Virus record (IMG/VR): IMGVR_UViG_3300029713_000154 | Length of the DNA stretch: 18,404 nt | Direction: 5' to 3' (one strand) | Source: a virus | Lineage: Duplodnaviria; Heunggongvirae; Uroviricota; Caudoviricetes | Shown here: positions 16,134-18,404 of the stretch, piece after piece | Layout of the letters: each line of letters starts with the position of its first letter | How positions within the stretch are numbered: position 1 is the first letter of the stretch | Notes under the pieces: generated by a model | What the model was told of the DNA's origin: nothing | The model's database searches: none | Seen by the model: the letters and a program-made list of their open reading frames with translations, nothing else | Made by a program: the position numbers and the translations under genes

Positions 16134-16137
16134 GTAT

Positions 16138-16452
16138 TTAATAACTGCCACGTTGTAACAGCTCGATTTTGCTATATAAGGCATCCAGCTTTGCTTCTAA
16201 TACTGCTTGCCCACGAAGATAATCTTCTCTGCGGACATAATGCAGCGGAAGCTCGGCACGAAATTCAAGAAACTCTCTTTCCAGTTTCGACCAACTTGTT
16301 TCTGATTCCCTGCGGGCATTTTCCAGAGACTCAAAACGCTCATTAAGTCGTTTTTCAATTTGCGCTAACAGCAGTTTTCCGGCAGCAAACATTAATCCAA
16401 CGAAGGAAAGCATAAGGGAGATCACTTCCCAAAAATCGATACTGAGTTTCAT
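16138..16452 (-). CDS. N-terminally membrane-anchored coiled-coil protein (i-spanin-like or Mu gp25/DUF2730-like lysis accessory)
   Basis: 104 aa with a strong GAGGGG SD. It has one TM helix (VISLMLSFVGLMFAAGKLLLA) followed by a charged helical region containing ELPLHYVRREDYLRGQAVLEAKLDAL. It is the last gene of the lysis block. Confidence 0.65.
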   Translation of the reverse strand: MKLSIDFWEVISLMLSFVGLMFAAGKLLLAQIEKRLNERFESLENARRESETSWSKLEREFLEFRAELPLHYVRREDYLRGQAVLEAKLDALYSKIELLQRGSY

Positions 16453-16464
16453 CGGCCCCTCTGA

Positions 16465-17070
16465 TTAGTGAAGACAGCTTGCCTGTCCCCAGAGTAAATA
16501 GCGGGCAGCGTGTTGATAGAGAATCATCTTTGGATAGCGACGATTTTCTCGCCAGTTCGCGGCGCTGCGCCCGGCGTTGACTTGCTCGACATGACCAAAC
16601 CAGCGAGTGGCATCTAACCCTTTGGATGCAGCCAGTTTTTTATCCCGGTTAACCCACCCCTGACCGCCGTTATAGGCGCTTAGGGTAAACGCCATACGCT
16701 GACAGTCATTTTGCGCAGAGATGTTTTTCCACAAATGCTGGTCATATTGCACCAGCGCGCGAATCGCCCAGGTTGGGTTATACGGTTTGTTTTCACGCAA
16801 TTGTGGATACAACTGGCTTATCCATGTCGCAGTAGCAGGCATAAATTGCGCCATACCTTGTGCGCCAACGGGGGAACGTACCATTGGCTGCCAGGCGGAC
16901 TCCTGGTGTAATTGCCCGGCAAAGTCGGCCACTGGGGCATTCAGCCCCCAGACTTCTCGAGCTGTACGAATTAGTTCGTTTCGCCATGCCAGAGAGGCTC
17001 GCGGCGGTTCAGAGGCGTTAAGCGGGAAAAGAACGAAAATAATCATAGACGCGATATATTTCAGCCACAT
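16465..17070 (-). CDS. lytic transglycosylase endolysin (SLT domain) with N-terminal signal/SAR-like segment
   Basis: The catalytic-region motif AGQLHQESAWQPMVRSPVGAQGMAQFMP (E-S ... GLMQ-like) is typical of family-1 lytic transglycosylases. I prefer ATG 17070 (MWLKYIASMIIFVLFPLNASEPP...), 2 nt after the holin stop, over the track start at 17148. That start would overlap the holin by 76 nt and add an Arg-rich non-signal leader. Confidence 0.85.
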   Translation of the reverse strand: MWLKYIASMIIFVLFPLNASEPPRASLAWRNELIRTAREVWGLNAPVADFAGQLHQESAWQPMVRSPVGAQGMAQFMPATATWISQLYPQLRENKPYNPTWAIRALVQYDQHLWKNISAQNDCQRMAFTLSAYNGGQGWVNRDKKLAASKGLDATRWFGHVEQVNAGRSAANWRENRRYPKMILYQHAARYLLWGQASCLH

Positions 17071-17072
17071 CA

Positions 17073-17360
17073 CTATAGCCCTAAGGCGACGGAAAGACAG
17101 ACGGCGGCAACGATGATGGCGCGGCGAATCATTGCCGCCGCGCAGCAACGCGGTTCCTTCCAGGGGCTAAAAGAGTCAGGCCGTGCCCAGGGGAACAAAC
17201 TGCGATCGAGCCAGTATCCCAGAACCGCGGAAAGCGAAACCAGGCTTAGTTTATAAATGACGACCGGGATCTGTGCTGAAGAGGTCCAGCCGATCACGAC
17301 AAACAGCGCGACGGAAGCGACCAGCCAGCCGGAAAGCCGGGGAAAAGTGACTTTTTTCAT
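17073..17360 (-). CDS. putative holin (multi-TM small membrane protein)
   Basis: 95 aa with a strong AGGAG SD. There are three hydrophobic segments (WLVASVALFVVIGW, IYKLSLVSLSAVLGYWL, AIIVAAVCLSVALGL). It is the first gene of the lysis block, directly upstream of the endolysin. Confidence 0.7.
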   Translation of the reverse strand: MKKVTFPRLSGWLVASVALFVVIGWTSSAQIPVVIYKLSLVSLSAVLGYWLDRSLFPWARPDSFSPWKEPRCCAAAMIRRAIIVAAVCLSVALGL

Positions 17361-17656
17361 ACGATATCTCCTGATAAGTGAGCGTTTAGTGTCGTCAGAA
17401 CCCGCCAGTGAAGAATGAAAAAAGCTTTAATAAATAAGTTTAAAAAATAGATTCTCTATAAATGAACATGCCCGCTAATAAATCGACTCAGCAATTAAAG
17501 AGCAAACGGTGACCTGGCGAATAAGCGCGTCATTATGCAGGGAAAAGATGATGGTGGATCGTAGGAATAGTCGATAGTTATTTGATTTTTAAAGTTTGTT
17601 TAAGAAAGTCAGCGACTGTGAGGGAAACGATCTTTTTACACTACAGGTAAAAATAA

Positions 17657-17676
17657 TACTGTATGTGCATACAGTA
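17657..17676. promoter_or_regulatory. LexA (SOS) operator
   Basis: TACTGTATGTGCATACAGTA is a perfect CTGT-N8-ACAG palindrome. It differs at one central base from the E. coli recA operator as I recall it (TACTGTATGAGCATACAGTA). Flanking hexamers sit at recA-like positions on both strands:
- Minus strand: ACGATA (17680-17675) and TATTAT (17658-17653).
- Plus strand: ATAATA (17653-17658) and TATCGT (17675-17680). Confidence 0.8.
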
Positions 17677-17697
17677 TCGTGTAAAATGATACTCCTG

Positions 17698-17728
17698 TTG
17701 ACAAGAAACATAACACAAACAATATATT
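17698..17728 (+). promoter_or_regulatory. possible sigma70 promoter upstream of the Mor-family gene
   Basis: TTGACA (17698-17703) and TATATT (17723-17728), but the spacer is a long 19 nt. This is weak support only. Confidence 0.25.
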
Positions 17729-17896
17729 TATTTAGTGAATTTATGCGTACATTAATATTAAGAATTTATATTTCTGGTGATTGTTTATTTGTTTGTTGAA
17801 TGTATTGAGTAGCAGTAATGACAACTGCTTAGCGTATATCCGTGGTTTTACACGCATCGGGTCTTATTCAGGATGCAAGATATATGGAGATGAAAA

Positions 17897-18238
17897 ATGA
17901 TACGAAAATCAAAAGAGATGGCCCGGACACCGGAGATCATTAACGACCTGGCTTTTCATGCATCGCAAGTTCTGATTGAAAGCATCAATCTCGACAGTTC
18001 ATCGGCAGAAAATGTGGGTTTTGCCATTGCCGACCGAATGATGCGTAACTGGGGCGGACAAAGCATTTATTTCCCTAAGGGGATCTCCGGACGAGCATCG
18101 GAGCGTGACTACCAAATCTATAGCGAGTGCGATGGGCGCAACTACGCCGAATTAGCGAAGAAATATAATCTGACGCTGCAATGGATTTATAAGATAGTCA
18201 AACGTGTACATACGGAGAAGCAGCAGAGTCGTATGTAG
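17897..18238 (+). CDS. Mor/C-family late transcription activator
   Basis: 113 aa with GGAG 7 nt upstream of the ATG. The C-terminal half NWGGQSIYFPKGISGRASERDYQIYSECDGRNYAELAKKYNLTLQWIYKIVKR matches the Mor-family pattern (G..IYIPK ... R...I...F.G.N..ELA.KY.LS...IY.I). Confidence 0.85.
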   Translation: MIRKSKEMARTPEIINDLAFHASQVLIESINLDSSSAENVGFAIADRMMRNWGGQSIYFPKGISGRASERDYQIYSECDGRNYAELAKKYNLTLQWIYKIVKRVHTEKQQSRM

Positions 18239-18256
18239 TGGTGATTGCACCGACAT

Positions 18257-18287
18257 GGCGAGTAGCGATATGGGGTCGCAACTCGCC
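18257..18287. terminator. stem-loop in the 61-bp spacer between the Mor-family gene and lysC
   Basis: GGCGAGT-A-GCGA, loop TATGGGG, TCGC-A-ACTCGCC (7 + 4 bp). There is no clear U-tract on either strand, so terminator function is uncertain. Confidence 0.3.
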
Positions 18288-18299
18288 TGTACTGGTCGT

Positions 18300-18404
18300 T
18301 TACTCAAACAAATTACTATGCAGTTTTTGCACCACCTGCTCGGCATCTTCGCCGGGCACCAGGAAGCACAGGTTATGGCTGGATGCGCCGTAACAAATCA
18401 TGCG
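18300..18404 (-). CDS. lysC: aspartokinase III, 3' end (partial; continues beyond the window)
   Basis: The reverse-strand translation RMICYGASSHNLCFLVPGEDAEQVVQKLHSNLFE* matches the C-terminus of E. coli LysC as I remember it. The stop codon is the complement of 18300-18302. Confidence 0.9.
   Translation of the reverse strand, partial: RMICYGASSHNLCFLVPGEDAEQVVQKLHSNLFE

Larger units (their letters stand above)
2479..18238. mobile_element. defective BcepMu/P2-type myophage remnant containing only regulator + lysis + contractile tail genes (candidate R-type tailocin locus)
   Basis: There is a contiguous set of a Mor-family activator, holin, SLT endolysin and a complete P2-like tail/baseplate/fibre gene set. 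Head, packaging, integration, repression and replication genes are all absent. The island is bounded by the NTase terminator on the left and the lysC 3' end on the right. Confidence 0.75.

Noticed and set aside
16197-16343. 48-aa ORF in the +1 frame embedded in the 104-aa lysis gene, considered as an Rz1-type o-spanin
   Set aside because: The peptide MSVLSLWKMPAGNQKQ... has no hydrophobic signal sequence and no lipobox Cys near the N-terminus. The third frame has only very short ORFs.
17071-17148. Longer start (17148) for the SLT gene given by the ORF track
   Set aside because: The extra 26 codons (MLRGGNDSPRHHRCRRLSFRRLRAIV) overlap the holin 3' end and would bury the signal-like segment. 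ATG 17070, 2 nt after the holin stop, gives a canonical exported N-terminus.
17452-17507. Third copy of the late-promoter module upstream of the holin (minus strand GTTTGCTCTTTAATTGC ... N30 ... ATTTAT)
   Set aside because: There is only loose similarity (CTTTAAT versus CTAAATC; the upstream TCAAT block matches 3/7) and a poor -10. I cannot support it as a genuine copy. The lysis operon may instead use the LexA-box promoter.

Overview
This looks like an enterobacterial (Escherichia-like) chromosomal window. No search tools were run, so all family names rest on motif recall, size, synteny and junction geometry.

Layout:
- Right edge: the 3' end of lysC. Its C-terminal peptide RMICYGASSHNLCFLVPGEDAEQVVQKLHSNLFE matches my memory of E. 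coli aspartokinase III.
- Left edge: AT-rich non-coding DNA, then a plus-strand, translationally coupled gene pair. The pair is an SPFH/band-7 protein with no visible TM segment, followed by a pol-beta-type nucleotidyltransferase.
- Between them (2479-18238, about 15.8 kb): a compact prophage-derived island.

Island content, right to left:
- A plus-strand Mor/C-family late activator (17897-18238).
- A divergent AT-rich control region with a near-consensus LexA box (17657-17676).
- A minus-strand array in three blocks separated by intrinsic terminators. Block 1 is holin, SLT lytic transglycosylase and a TM/coiled-coil protein. Block 2 is Gp37-like, Mu gp38-like, sheath, tube, gpE (+E'), tape measure, gpU-like, gpX, gpD and gpV. 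Block 3 is gpW, gpJ, gpI, tail fibre, fibre chaperone and a small permuted-papain-like protein.

All tail ORFs are intact and tightly packed. I see no capsid, portal, terminase, scaffold/protease, neck, integrase/transposase, repressor or replication genes.

Main hypothesis: this is a domesticated, SOS-controlled R-type tailocin derived from a BcepMu/P2-type myophage.

Secondary observations:
- Both internal terminators are followed by the same 31-nt module (22/31 identical, ungapped) with identical spacing to a -10-like hexamer.
- A visibly low-GC swapped cassette covers the fibre tip and most of the chaperone.
- The E' chaperone extension lies in the +1 frame, not the canonical -1.
- The lysis cassette has no recognisable o-spanin.
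- The SPFH-NTase pair is not a system I recognise.
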